A stretch of 20,000 nt of DNA from an uncultured virus (IMG/VR IMGVR_UViG_3300006201_000011). Its lineage: Duplodnaviria > Heunggongvirae > Uroviricota > Caudoviricetes. This document shows positions 1 to 10,208 of this stretch, piece after piece. The translations under genes were made by a program, and so were the position numbers. The DNA lies in the IMG/VR virus record IMGVR_UViG_3300006201_000011, positions 54,078 through 74,077 of that record. One strand, given 5' to 3'. Under the pieces are notes generated by a model. It was not told where the DNA came from, did no database searches, and was given only the letters and a program-made list of their open reading frames with translations. The stretch's first letter is position 1. Every line of letters starts with the position of its first letter.

Positions 1-2
1 CG

Positions 3-3000
3 GATAACGAAGTCTACAATGCCCTATTTGATGCCTACAACAAATGCTCATCCGCAGTAAAGAGTTATCAGGACAGTATTTCGTCGTTGAACAACAATTT
101 GGCTGAACAGTATATGTTGCAAGGCTTGATTGAAAATGAGATCCCGTCTACGGAAGATGAGTTCAACGACTATCGGCAGAGCGTGATAGCTGCGGCTGAG
201 GAGAGCGGAGAATTTATTGGCTCAAGTCAAGATATTGCGAACGCTGTTGACTCTGTTCTGAAAAGCCAGTCGCATTTCGCGGCTTTCTATGCTGAGGATT
301 TGGCTGGAGCCTCTGAGGAGACGGGTCGCTATATTGCACAGCTTCAAAAGTTGCCAGAGGTGCTTTCAAAACTGAAATCAGCTTATGATGTTTTGGAGGC
401 GGCTCAAAAAGAGATGGCAGACGGCGGAGGGTTGTCTGCTGATACTATTGAAAAGCTGGCTTCTGCTGAGGACAATTATCTTGATTATCTCTATGAAGAA
501 AATGGGGTTGTCAAGCTCAATACTGAGGCATGGAAAGAAAACGCCAATGTTAAAATGCAGAATGAGATGGCCGAAATCCAAAAGGAAATCGACTCGTTGG
601 AAGAGCAAAATGAGGCTTTACGTGAGAATATTGCTTATTATGAGGAGCAACGTCAGCTTGGTAGTGATGGCGGTCTATGGAGTAATTTGATTGCTAAGGC
701 AACAAATGAAATCAATGAGAATACCGACGCTATTGCTGCTAACCAAAATAAGCTGGCAATTTATGAGTCGTTGTATGGAAATATCACGGGAAGTCTGGAT
801 GCTTATAGTGCGGCACTAAACAACTTTTCCAACGTAGCAAGCACCATTGATTCTGTCTCCGATTCGTTCCAAACCCTTGCAGAACTGCAGGCTGAGGTTG
901 CAAATGGGTTCTCGCTGTCATTGGACAAGGCTTTGGAGTTCGCTAAGGTTTATCCTGAAATTCTCAACAATGCTCAAGTATCTGCTGATGGACAGGTTAT
1001 TCTGAACGAGGGTGTTGTCAACTCGTTTATTCAAGGAAAAAAGGCCGAGTTGGACGCACAGATTGATGCAGAGGTTGCCAAGCTGGAAGCGGATAAGGCC
1101 GTGTTGGAAGCGAAGGTTCAAGCAGCGCAGGCACAACTTGATCTCGCCCAAAATGTAGGTGAGGGAGAGGGTCAGATTGCTAAAGAGCTGGCGGAGTATC
1201 GTATCAACGCTGGCAATATTGTAGCACAAGCTCTGATTGACGCAGGGATTGATGAAGCTACTGCATTTAAGCTGGCGGCGGCAGCTATGGCCCAGAACGC
1301 AGAAGAGTTTGATCGTGTTGCTATGGAGGTCTGCACTGATGTAAACGGTAACTTTAATCAGGCCGCATATGCGGCAGCACAGGCTGTTTACAACAACATG
1401 ACACAGGCGAAGCTGGATGTTGCTTCTTTTGCGAGACAATGCCAAGAAGCTGCTAAGGCTATGGCTGGAGTCGCTGGTGGTCAGGTTGCTGGATCAAGCG
1501 GTGTTCAGGGTGGCTCTGGTGGTGGTGTTGGCGGTAGTGGGATTTCTCTAAATCTAACAAGTGGGAGTTTCCAAGGTACTGATTATAACTATACTGCCAA
1601 GCAAACAAATCTGGACGATTTTATTTCGCAGATTCAGCTTGATATCTCCAGCTACCAGAATGCGATTGCTCAGATTGATGGACAAATTGCCGCGCTTCGT
1701 GCGTTGAAAAATATCCCCTTGAAAGATTTTAAGGGTGGATTAGGCTCTGGTGGCGGTGGAGGCTCAGGTGGTGGATCTTCTAAGGAAGTTGAAGAGTATA
1801 TTGCTGACATTGACGCATACCGTGAAGCAATCGAGCGTCTGCGCAAGGCTCAAGAAGTCAGATCTAATATTGAGACGAGAATCGACGAGTCTGATAATCT
1901 GAAAGAGAAGATCCTATTGGAACGACAGTTGATTGGCGCTTACGAGCGTGAACAAGATGCTCTACACAATCTAAACAACCAGAGGGATAGCACAATCACA
2001 GCTGGCGTTGCAGCGCTCCGTGAGTTGGGCTTTGTTGTGAAGTACAATGCAGATACCAATGAACTCTGGATTGAGAATATGGAGCGTCTCAATGATCTGA
2101 CAGCCGACAGCAAGGGAGAATACGATACCTTGCAAGAGGCGACAAACGCTCTTCGCAAGGAAACGGAAGATTTAATCGGTTCGCTGACCGATCTAAACGA
2201 AGAAAATCGGGATGCTTCTGCTAACTGGTGGGAGTTGCAGCACAGTATGAAAGATTCCCGTGAAGAGATTCTTTCTTTGCTTGACGCTATTGTGGAAGAG
2301 GCATCTAAGGCGGTTGATTCTATCCAAGACGTTTACGACACCCTACATGATGCCGCCGATGAGTATGCGGAAAGTGGATACATTACAGTTGATACTTTGC
2401 AGAACATTATCGGATTAGGTGTGAAGTATGTGGCGTATCTTATGGATGAAAACGGCCAGCTGGTCATCAATGAGGAGCGCATTCGTGATGTGATTGCGGC
2501 AAAGACACAGCAACTTGCAATCGAGAGTTCTTTGTCTTACATTGAGGCTTTGCGTATCGCGAAAATGGAGGGGAATATCGAAACCCTTAACAATTTGCTG
2601 TATGCTACCGAGGAAGCGACTGACGCTACATGGGGCTTCGTGTATGCAAGTTTGGCTATGGCAGGGCTGGATCAAGATCAGTATAAAGCAGCGCTGGACA
2701 ACATCAATGCTATTCGTGCATTGGCTGACAGCGCTGTACAAAGCATTGGGCAAACTGCTGGCGGCGTGACTGACGAGCTGAAAAAGATGCAGTCTGGGCT
2801 TGACGATATCTTAAAGTACGTTATGGATATGTTGAAACAACGAATCAACGATCAGATTGACGCACTGGAAGATATGAAAGACGCTTACTCTGAAATCATC
2901 GACCAGAAAAAAGAGTCGCTGGATGCTACGAAGGATGAGGCCGACTACGAAAAAAAGCGTGCTAACAAGCTGAAAGAAATTGCTAAATTACAAGCTCGTA

Positions 3001-4073
3001 TTGATGCGCTTAGTTTGGATGACAGTCGAGAGGCGCAGGCGGAACGGGCCAAGCTATTGGAGGAGATGGCTGAGTTACAGGAAGACTTGGCAGACGAACA
3101 GGCAGATAAGGCTTTAGATGCTACCAAAAACGCTTTGGATGATATGGAAGACGCCTATCATCAAGAAAAGGATAAAGAAATTGCAATTCTGGAAGATAGC
3201 ATTTCCTCTTATCAAAAACTTTATGACATGGCGATCGACTATATTCAGAACCACTGGGATACACTGTATTCCGAACTGATTGATTGGAACACGCAATATG
3301 GAAGTGTGCTGAACAGTGAGATAACTACTGCGTGGGATAACGCTCTGGCAGCGGCACAACGGTATGGGAGCTATGTGTCTGCCCTCAAAAATATTGGTGC
3401 TGATATGGATGCTGCGGGTGCTACAGGTAAAGAGCCGAACACCGTTGTTGGAAATACGAATTATGGCAACCAGTCTTCAAATGATGAAATGATTCATGCC
3501 ATTATTAAGCAAATGTACGCAAATAGCCAGGAGCATCATACGGCCAGTGACGCTCGCAAGAAAGAACTAAGCGATTATAGCTTGCGGCTTGGTGAACAAC
3601 TGGCGCAGTACGGTGTCTACACTCATCGGGACAATGGAACCTGGTATATGGATGGGTCGAAAGAGCTTCTGTTCGATAAATATAAGAAGTACATTTACCA
3701 TACGGGTGGTTTTGCTGGCGTGGATGGATCAGTCAAAGACAATGAGATTATGGCAAAATTGGAAAAAGGCGAACCGGTATTGACAGAAGCGATGTGGAAT
3801 ACAGTAACTGAGATGGTGAATCGAATGAGTAAGCTGTCCGCCGCATTTAGCGATATGCCTGGGTATGTTAATGCTCCTATTTTGCCCGAGTTGTCAAAGG
3901 TCAGCGCTGGTGCTGTGAGCAATGTGTATAACAATAGTTCTCAGCCTGTGGAAATTCATATTGGCGATACCATTATTCAAGGCAACGCAAGTCCTGAAAC
4001 GGTGAACGGTCATGTCAAAGTTACTCGTGATATGGTCAACCAAATTGCACGGATTCTGAAAATCAGGATCTAA
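3..4073 (+). CDS. Phage tail tape measure protein, 5'-truncated by the window edge
   Basis: The frame is open from base 3, so the TTG at 87 is not the real start. >1350 aa, Ala/Glu/Leu-rich helical coiled-coil with Gly-rich linkers. The C-terminal YHTGG...NEIMAKLEKGEPVLT motif is typical of tape measure C-termini. It lies directly upstream of the Dit-like gene. Confidence 0.88.
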   Translation, partial: DNEVYNALFDAYNKCSSAVKSYQDSISSLNNNLAEQYMLQGLIENEIPSTEDEFNDYRQSVIAAAEESGEFIGSSQDIANAVDSVLKSQSHFAAFYAEDLAGASEETGRYIAQLQKLPEVLSKLKSAYDVLEAAQKEMADGGGLSADTIEKLASAEDNYLDYLYEENGVVKLNTEAWKENANVKMQNEMAEIQKEIDSLEEQNEALRENIAYYEEQRQLGSDGGLWSNLIAKATNEINENTDAIAANQNKLAIYESLYGNITGSLDAYSAALNNFSNVASTIDSVSDSFQTLAELQAEVANGFSLSLDKALEFAKVYPEILNNAQVSADGQVILNEGVVNSFIQGKKAELDAQIDAEVAKLEADKAVLEAKVQAAQAQLDLAQNVGEGEGQIAKELAEYRINAGNIVAQALIDAGIDEATAFKLAAAAMAQNAEEFDRVAMEVCTDVNGNFNQAAYAAAQAVYNNMTQAKLDVASFARQCQEAAKAMAGVAGGQVAGSSGVQGGSGGGVGGSGISLNLTSGSFQGTDYNYTAKQTNLDDFISQIQLDISSYQNAIAQIDGQIAALRALKNIPLKDFKGGLGSGGGGGSGGGSSKEVEEYIADIDAYREAIERLRKAQEVRSNIETRIDESDNLKEKILLERQLIGAYEREQDALHNLNNQRDSTITAGVAALRELGFVVKYNADTNELWIENMERLNDLTADSKGEYDTLQEATNALRKETEDLIGSLTDLNEENRDASANWWELQHSMKDSREEILSLLDAIVEEASKAVDSIQDVYDTLHDAADEYAESGYITVDTLQNIIGLGVKYVAYLMDENGQLVINEERIRDVIAAKTQQLAIESSLSYIEALRIAKMEGNIETLNNLLYATEEATDATWGFVYASLAMAGLDQDQYKAALDNINAIRALADSAVQSIGQTAGGVTDELKKMQSGLDDILKYVMDMLKQRINDQIDALEDMKDAYSEIIDQKKESLDATKDEADYEKKRANKLKEIAKLQARIDALSLDDSREAQAERAKLLEEMAELQEDLADEQADKALDATKNALDDMEDAYHQEKDKEIAILEDSISSYQKLYDMAIDYIQNHWDTLYSELIDWNTQYGSVLNSEITTAWDNALAAAQRYGSYVSALKNIGADMDAAGATGKEPNTVVGNTNYGNQSSNDEMIHAIIKQMYANSQEHHTASDARKKELSDYSLRLGEQLAQYGVYTHRDNGTWYMDGSKELLFDKYKKYIYHTGGFAGVDGSVKDNEIMAKLEKGEPVLTEAMWNTVTEMVNRMSKLSAAFSDMPGYVNAPILPELSKVSAGAVSNVYNNSSQPVEIHIGDTIIQGNASPETVNGHVKVTRDMVNQIARILKIRI

Positions 4074-4081
4074 ATTAGTCA

Positions 4082-4111
4082 GGGTGGGGAGATTTTCTTC
4101 CCACCCATTTT
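4082..4111 (+). terminator. Possible intrinsic terminator/stem-loop after the tape measure gene
   Basis: GGGTGGGGAG (4082-4091) pairs with CTTCCCACCC (4097-4106, one G-U), followed by ATTTT. The U-tract is short. Confidence 0.5.
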
Positions 4112-4191
4112 AGGCTGACGAAGCCGCCCAGACGGTGACATGTCTGGTATGCCCGCCTGTCAAGTGGGTTTGATGAGAGGAGGTGTGGCGG

Positions 4192-4977
4192 GTGTATAGA
4201 ACCTATGAGTTTACTTTTGCAGATACTCCGGCTTCATTGTATGGAATGTTTGTTGCTGATATCGGTAGCAACAAACATAATAACAACGATTTTGGGAATC
4301 AGGCTAACATCGTAGAGACAAGAATTGCGAATCGGATTACTCCGCTGCATTTTGGTGTACGGTATCACGACCAGCCTTTGAGCTTTACACTTATTTTTGG
4401 AAGTGAGCAGTACATGGATCGCTACCAGTTGCAAGAGGTTTCAAATTGGCTGACTGGATATCAGGAGTATCAATGGCTTTCTATTGATCAGCCAGATATG
4501 GAGCATATTCAGTTTCGGTGTCTGATTCAAAAGCTAACACCAATCAGCGTGGGGTGGCTACCAATCGCTTTTGAGGCACAGGTACTGTGTGATTGCCCGT
4601 ATGGATACAGTTATCCGTTTGAGGAACGTATTCAAATTAACGGTACAACAGAATATCGTTTCTATAATGACAGCACAATCAAAGAGAATTTGAAGCCAGA
4701 TTTGAAAATTGAATTGGCGGCTGGTTGTACAAATTTTGCAATCACAAACAAGACTACAAAGCAGACACTCCGTTTGTCAGGTCTTCCAGCTGGCGGGTTG
4801 CAAATTCTTATCGACAATGAAAATGAAGTCATGGTGGAAAAAACTGATGGCTATGACTTGTACAGCTTTTTCAATTTTCAATTCTTTGAGGCAGCATCGG
4901 GAGATAATGAATTGATTTTCGATGGAAGCGGGACTGTTACAATCAGCGGACGCTATTTGTATAATGTTGGAGCATAA
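4192..4977 (+). CDS. Distal tail (Dit)-like phage tail protein
   Basis: About 261 aa, immediately after the tape measure gene, beta-rich with C-terminal GDNELIF motif. Start moved from 4183 to GTG 4192 because GGAGG at 4179-4183 is 8 nt upstream. Confidence 0.75.
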   Translation: MYRTYEFTFADTPASLYGMFVADIGSNKHNNNDFGNQANIVETRIANRITPLHFGVRYHDQPLSFTLIFGSEQYMDRYQLQEVSNWLTGYQEYQWLSIDQPDMEHIQFRCLIQKLTPISVGWLPIAFEAQVLCDCPYGYSYPFEERIQINGTTEYRFYNDSTIKENLKPDLKIELAAGCTNFAITNKTTKQTLRLSGLPAGGLQILIDNENEVMVEKTDGYDLYSFFNFQFFEAASGDNELIFDGSGTVTISGRYLYNVGA

Positions 4978-4995
4978 CAAGAGAGGAGGTCAGAG

Positions 4996-7900
4996 ATGTA
5001 TCTAAACTATGCCAAAATTAAAAGTGGACAGAGAAAACAGCCTATGCTTCGGCTTCGCACTCTGGCCGGAAAAGAGCTTGGCCCAATTCCATATGTACAT
5101 GATTTGAATTTTGCAATCAACTATGCAGAGTTGAGCACGATTTCATTTACAATCCCGTATCAAGTAAATGGAATGCTCAACCCCCTTTATGCCGCTGTTT
5201 CAAGTTTCAAGGTGGTTTATACAGAGGAGTTTGGCATCTATGTGTTGACTTCTCCCAGTAAAGAGGGCAATGGCGTGTCAGAAATAAAGACCGTTACAGG
5301 ATATTCTTTGGAATATCTTTTCCAGAAGAAAAACCTATTTTTAGAAGAAGGTACTTATAATTTCTGGAATCCAGTCAATTCAGCAGATACGATTTTGGGT
5401 CGTATTTTAGAATTGGATCGGACATGGCACGTGGGCTATGTGGCCCCAAGGCTGATTGGGTGCTACCGCACATTTGACCAGTATGATAGTGATGCTCTGG
5501 GTTTTTGTTACGAAGACGCCATGGAAAAGTATCGCTGTGTCATTGTGTTTGATGTGTACGATAAGAGTATCAATGTATATGATGCCAACGAAAATCCGGA
5601 AACCCTACCCATCTATTTGAATTATAACAATCTGGTCGATGCAGTTAGTGTTGAGGAAATCCCAGAGGAGATGGTAACAAAGCTACATCTCTATGGTTCG
5701 GATGGTCTGTCGGTGCGGGATGTAAACCCCACAGGGACAGACTACCTTGTGGACTTGAGCTATTTTCTCTATAATGGGGATCTGGACATCAAAGTAGGGA
5801 ACAGCAATACCACATTGGCAGACCGCGTGCGGGGATGGCAGCTGGAAATTGCGGAGAACCAGCAGTATTATACTGGGCTGGCTGCGTCACGGGCTTCTTT
5901 GACAGCACAGAAATTGATGGCCGAGTCCGATCTTGTAGAATTGAACGGTGAGATGGAGAGTCTGGTAGCACAGCAAAGTGTAACTATTCAGGCGTTTTCC
6001 CTAGAAACCACTGCAAGAGGACAGCAAACACAACAGGCAAACTTGGATCGTATCAATTCTCAGATTGCCGCAAAACAGAATGAGATCGACACACAACAGG
6101 CCAAAATCAACTCTCTACAAGTTGAAATTGACAGCTACATGAATGATATCAAACGGCTTACTGGACGATTGGAATTTTCATCATACTTCACACAGGAGGA
6201 ACAGAAAATCCTCAACCAGTATTTTATTGAAAGCACCGTAGAGGAGGAAACATTTGTTGCTACGGATGTGGACACTTCTGCGGCAGGTGCAATTTCTAAG
6301 GTAAGCGGCACTGTGTCCATAAATGCTTCAAATATCGCACGAGTGGAACTGAGCCAGTTTGCAAAAACAATGTACACTTTGGCCGGCGGTACTGTTACGG
6401 TTGGAAACGCTGGTGTCTCCGCTGAAATCGTGCGGGGCACTTTGGATGTAAAGGGTGACAGCAGCTATGTATTGACGGCCTATCTGGGAAATACGAACTA
6501 CAACAATCGGAAATTTAGCAGTGGACTTTTGACCATCGCTGGCAGGTTATCACGGTTTTCCAGTGATATTTCTGTGAGGACGGAGCAAGGAATTACAGAA
6601 TATAAAGGAACAAGACTGAGCTTCAGTACAAGCAATGCTGATTCATATTTTACAGTAAATGTGAGTGAGTTTCAACAATATTCTGTTGCAATGGAGCTAT
6701 ACGACTTTGGTACGGATGTTCTTTCCGATTACGCATGGCCTGTGTATGAGTTTAGCGTAGATAGCGCCAATTTCCTTTACCACGAGAAATTTGAACCGTT
6801 CAAAAATAGGCTGGAACTTGGCAAGGCGGTCTATTTAGAATTGGGCAGTGAGGGATTGGTTAAGCCAAAGATTATCGGTTTTGAGCTGAACTTTGAGAAA
6901 ATCAATGAGTTCAAGCTGGTGTTTTCTAACCGCTACCGTTTGCGGAATGGGGCGGAGAGTTGGACAGAGGATATCAGAAACTCCACTCGTTCAAGCCGAA
7001 GTTTTGACGCCAGCAAGTATATCTATAACCGTACTGCTGACAAAGCAACCGAGATCGACATTTTTATGAACGATTTGCAAAAAGGTGCTGTTGACGCAGT
7101 GCTTTCAGCGAAAAACCAAACGGTTGTCTTTAACGGTTCAGGCATTCATGTTGGTGGTGATTCCAAATATCAGATGCGGATCATCGACAATATGATTGCC
7201 ATGACAGATGACGGCTGGAAAACAGCAAAATTGGCGATTGGACGCTTTGCGTCTCCCGAAACCGGAGTGCAGTGGGGTGTTAACGCGGAACTAATTGCTG
7301 GTAAGCTGATTATCGGCAATAACCTTGTACTTCAAAATCCGTTGATTGACGAAAATGGAAACGTGACTGGCACCATGATGTTTCAAGTGGATAGCACCGG
7401 AGCATGGCTGTATAATTCACGGATTGTTTTGCAGAGCAACAACGGACTTATCATCGTAGATCCCGATTATGGTATTGTGGCTGGTACAAAGCTCCTGTTC
7501 AATACAAATGGTACTACTGTGACACCTGAATTTCTGGACAAGGCCGGCAGTATTACCTATGACTCTGAGGGAATGCCGGCAAATGCGAACTTCTATTTGG
7601 ATGTAAATACTGGCAATGCCTACTTCCGTGGAAAACTGATCGCCAAGAGCGGTACGATTGGCGGATTTACGATTGCTGACAGCTACCTTTATTCTGGGTC
7701 AGGCAATACACGTGTAGCTATCAACGGAGGAACAAGCTATTACTCAGAATACGCTTTGTGGGCGGGCGCAAGTAATCCTTCTATCGCTCCGTTTTGGGTT
7801 AAGAAAAACGGTGATTTTCACGCTAAGAACGGTGATTTCAGCGGAACATTGAGCGCTGCAAAGCTCAGTGGGTCGTTGACAGCTCTTGCTGGTGCAGAAA

Positions 7901-8475
7901 TTATCGGCCCAGCTATTTATGTTCCGAATAAATCTAACCCGAAATTTAAGGTGGATTCTGCTGGCAATGTTAGTATGACTGGAAATCTGACATTGAGTAA
8001 TGGTGCAATTAAGTGGAGCAATCTAAATTATAGCTTGCAAAACACAATTAACGGCGCATATGATGCCGCTGCTGATGCCGCTGAGGATGCTGCAGCCGCC
8101 GCAAGAGATGCTTCTGACGCTGAAAAACTGGCAAGAAAAATTGCTAATGGTGAGTTCAACAACGGAACATTTATCAATGGAACTGAGATCTACAGCCCAA
8201 CGATTTACGCAGATGAGTTTATTGTTAAACCTAAAAATGCCGCTGGGTATAGTAAATGGACTGGCGGATACAGTATGTATGGTTATTTTGGGAACTATCT
8301 CTACAAGATGCTTTCAATTTCTTACATTGACACTGGCTTCGGGCCGGAAGTTGAGTTCTGGAGTCCAGATGGTGCATATGCTTACTGGGCTTTTCCACGA
8401 ACTACTTTTTCTGGGTATTTGAATTTCCAAAACGCCCATATTGAAGGACTCTCATTAGAGGCAACATTCGGATAA
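4996..8475 (+). CDS. Large tail-tip/minor structural protein (Tal/baseplate-hub-like N-terminus, coiled coil, beta-rich C-terminus)
   Basis: 1159 aa after the Dit-like gene, with a GGAGG RBS. Contains TKLHLYGSDGL, a central Gln-rich coiled coil, TDDGWKTAKLAIG and SGTIGGFTI motifs seen in siphophage tail-tip proteins. Confidence 0.75.
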   Translation: MYLNYAKIKSGQRKQPMLRLRTLAGKELGPIPYVHDLNFAINYAELSTISFTIPYQVNGMLNPLYAAVSSFKVVYTEEFGIYVLTSPSKEGNGVSEIKTVTGYSLEYLFQKKNLFLEEGTYNFWNPVNSADTILGRILELDRTWHVGYVAPRLIGCYRTFDQYDSDALGFCYEDAMEKYRCVIVFDVYDKSINVYDANENPETLPIYLNYNNLVDAVSVEEIPEEMVTKLHLYGSDGLSVRDVNPTGTDYLVDLSYFLYNGDLDIKVGNSNTTLADRVRGWQLEIAENQQYYTGLAASRASLTAQKLMAESDLVELNGEMESLVAQQSVTIQAFSLETTARGQQTQQANLDRINSQIAAKQNEIDTQQAKINSLQVEIDSYMNDIKRLTGRLEFSSYFTQEEQKILNQYFIESTVEEETFVATDVDTSAAGAISKVSGTVSINASNIARVELSQFAKTMYTLAGGTVTVGNAGVSAEIVRGTLDVKGDSSYVLTAYLGNTNYNNRKFSSGLLTIAGRLSRFSSDISVRTEQGITEYKGTRLSFSTSNADSYFTVNVSEFQQYSVAMELYDFGTDVLSDYAWPVYEFSVDSANFLYHEKFEPFKNRLELGKAVYLELGSEGLVKPKIIGFELNFEKINEFKLVFSNRYRLRNGAESWTEDIRNSTRSSRSFDASKYIYNRTADKATEIDIFMNDLQKGAVDAVLSAKNQTVVFNGSGIHVGGDSKYQMRIIDNMIAMTDDGWKTAKLAIGRFASPETGVQWGVNAELIAGKLIIGNNLVLQNPLIDENGNVTGTMMFQVDSTGAWLYNSRIVLQSNNGLIIVDPDYGIVAGTKLLFNTNGTTVTPEFLDKAGSITYDSEGMPANANFYLDVNTGNAYFRGKLIAKSGTIGGFTIADSYLYSGSGNTRVAINGGTSYYSEYALWAGASNPSIAPFWVKKNGDFHAKNGDFSGTLSAAKLSGSLTALAGAEIIGPAIYVPNKSNPKFKVDSAGNVSMTGNLTLSNGAIKWSNLNYSLQNTINGAYDAAADAAEDAAAAARDASDAEKLARKIANGEFNNGTFINGTEIYSPTIYADEFIVKPKNAAGYSKWTGGYSMYGYFGNYLYKMLSISYIDTGFGPEVEFWSPDGAYAYWAFPRTTFSGYLNFQNAHIEGLSLEATFG

Positions 8476-8489
8476 GGCAGGTGAGTTAA

Positions 8490-9128
8490 TTGGCTTCATT
8501 TACTGTATCTTGCACCGACACCACTGTTACGATGCGAGTGTCTGGGTTGAAAAGTGGGCAAAAAGTTCGGTTTTATGTAAGAATAGATCCTGGAAGTACA
8601 GTCTATGTAGACCGAACATATACTGCTACTTCGTCTTCGCTTTCCAGGTCGTTTAGTGGTTTGAAGCCAAGCACCGACTATGCTTGCAATGTCAAATTGG
8701 ACGATACAACATGGATTGGCACAAGATACTTTACCACGGATAGTCCAGAGATAAAGGTTGAGCCATGGTCTTGGTCAAGATCGAATGGAGACGCCTCAGC
8801 TTCGCAAACAAGCGCCGCTTACTCTGCCGTTAGAAATAAGGGCAAAGTAAGCGGTTTTTCATATCTTGTATGGAACGATATGGTGAATAAGGTTAAAGAA
8901 ATCCTTGATGCCAAAGGTCTTTCTTGGAACAACAGATTCGCTTCATATGCAGGTACATTGATGAGTTCTGGAAGTAGGACTTTAACCGCAACAAAATTCA
9001 ATTCGCTTCGATACAATATAGGACTACATTATTCAACAGGAATTGACACTGTTTTTCGTGGTGATACCGTGTACGGCTGGTATTTTACTACTTTGACAAG
9101 CTGCATGAATTACTGGCTTAACGACTAA
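8490..9128 (+). CDS. Hypothetical virion protein with an N-terminal FN3-like domain
   Basis: TTG start after AGGTGA. The FSGLKPSTDY motif resembles the FN3 consensus. Located in the tail module. Confidence 0.55.
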   Translation: MASFTVSCTDTTVTMRVSGLKSGQKVRFYVRIDPGSTVYVDRTYTATSSSLSRSFSGLKPSTDYACNVKLDDTTWIGTRYFTTDSPEIKVEPWSWSRSNGDASASQTSAAYSAVRNKGKVSGFSYLVWNDMVNKVKEILDAKGLSWNNRFASYAGTLMSSGSRTLTATKFNSLRYNIGLHYSTGIDTVFRGDTVYGWYFTTLTSCMNYWLND

Positions 9129-9136
9129 GGAGGGTA

Positions 9137-9334
9137 ATGAAAATGACAAAAATTGAAATCGTACAGCATATCGCAAATATTCATAACTGTTTGGCACAGA
9201 TTCAAGTCTGTGGTGATGGTGCTATTATGATGGGCGATACTTTGAAGGAACTGCGTTTTTTAGTGCAAGAGCTTCAAAAGGATATTGAGGCAGAGAACGC
9301 ATCGGAGGAGGAGCAAAGCAAAACGGAAGAATAA
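9137..9334 (+). CDS. Small hypothetical coiled-coil protein
   Basis: GGAGG RBS at 9129-9133. The start may be the second ATG at 9143. Fills the gap between flanking genes. Confidence 0.6.
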   Translation: MKMTKIEIVQHIANIHNCLAQIQVCGDGAIMMGDTLKELRFLVQELQKDIEAENASEEEQSKTEE

Positions 9335-9346
9335 GGAGGGGATGAT

Positions 9347-9733
9347 ATGCACATTCCAAACCCATATACACTACCAGCATTTGATTTTGTTGGTGGATCG
9401 ACTCAGGATCTGATCTTTCATTGCTATTTTTTCAAAACGAAGAAACCACAGGATTTGTCCGCTTGTGTAGCGGACTTTTCTATTATCAATTTTGTAAATA
9501 AAAATGGTAAGCCGCTCCTATCAAAGCAAATGGAGATTAGACCAGATCCAAATAGAGACGGTGATGTAAACAATGTGGTTTGTGTTACGTTAGAGGCGGA
9601 TGAGACGGTGAATCTGCCTGCGGGTAAGTATATCTACCAAATTACCATCCGTGATATTTCTGGTGAAGTTGAAATTCCCAATCATGGGCTGATTCATATT
9701 ATCAAAAATATTAACCAAGCATTTATTCGATAG
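9347..9733 (+). CDS. Hypothetical tail/baseplate-associated protein (BppU N-terminal-like beta sandwich)
   Basis: AAGGAGG RBS. The pattern PQDLS.C...VTL...ET.NL.GKYIYQITI resembles baseplate upper-protein N-terminal domains. Confidence 0.5.
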   Translation: MHIPNPYTLPAFDFVGGSTQDLIFHCYFFKTKKPQDLSACVADFSIINFVNKNGKPLLSKQMEIRPDPNRDGDVNNVVCVTLEADETVNLPAGKYIYQITIRDISGEVEIPNHGLIHIIKNINQAFIR

Positions 9734-9782
9734 TAGATGATCTGATAGCGTTACACAAATTAAAGAACAAGGAGGATGCAAA

Positions 9783-10184
9783 ATGACTACGACATATTTT
9801 CTGAATCTTGCTGCCGGTAATATTTATCGGACGAAGGAAACTCCGGCCATTCCTACAGAATACTGGATTGGCCTAAGCACTACTGCACCCAATCTCAACG
9901 GTACGAATGTTTCCGAGCCGGTTGGTAGTGCTGGCTATGCGAGGGTTAAGCTCGATATGCTGAGTGAACCTGCTTCTGGTGTTGTTACAAACGAAGCAAA
10001 CATTGATTTTAACGAAAGTACCGCAAGCTGGGGTACGGTGACACATTTTGTTGTGTTTGACGCCCAGAATGGAGGAAATCTGCTTCAGTATGGAGCACTG
10101 TCAACTCCTCGCTCTGTGGAGGCGGCTACTATTATGACCATTAAGGCTGGATATCTGAACCTGTCTGTGCAAAACCCGACGTGA
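9783..10184 (+). CDS. Phage minor tail/tail-fibre-associated protein
   Basis: AAGGAGG RBS. Motifs IGLSTTAP, GYARV, N...IDF..STASWGTVTHF..FDA..GGNLL belong to a widespread ~130-aa phage tail protein family. Confidence 0.65.
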   Translation: MTTTYFLNLAAGNIYRTKETPAIPTEYWIGLSTTAPNLNGTNVSEPVGSAGYARVKLDMLSEPASGVVTNEANIDFNESTASWGTVTHFVVFDAQNGGNLLQYGALSTPRSVEAATIMTIKAGYLNLSVQNPT

Positions 10185-10208
10185 TAGAAAGAAAGGTGGG
10201 GTAGATCT

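Noticed and set aside
8059..8121. GATGCCGCT-type short repeats in the tail-tip gene (and similar Gly-rich GGT/GGC runs at about 1470-1780)
   Set aside because: Low-complexity coding for Ala/Asp helical or Gly linkers. No evidence of an independent DNA element.
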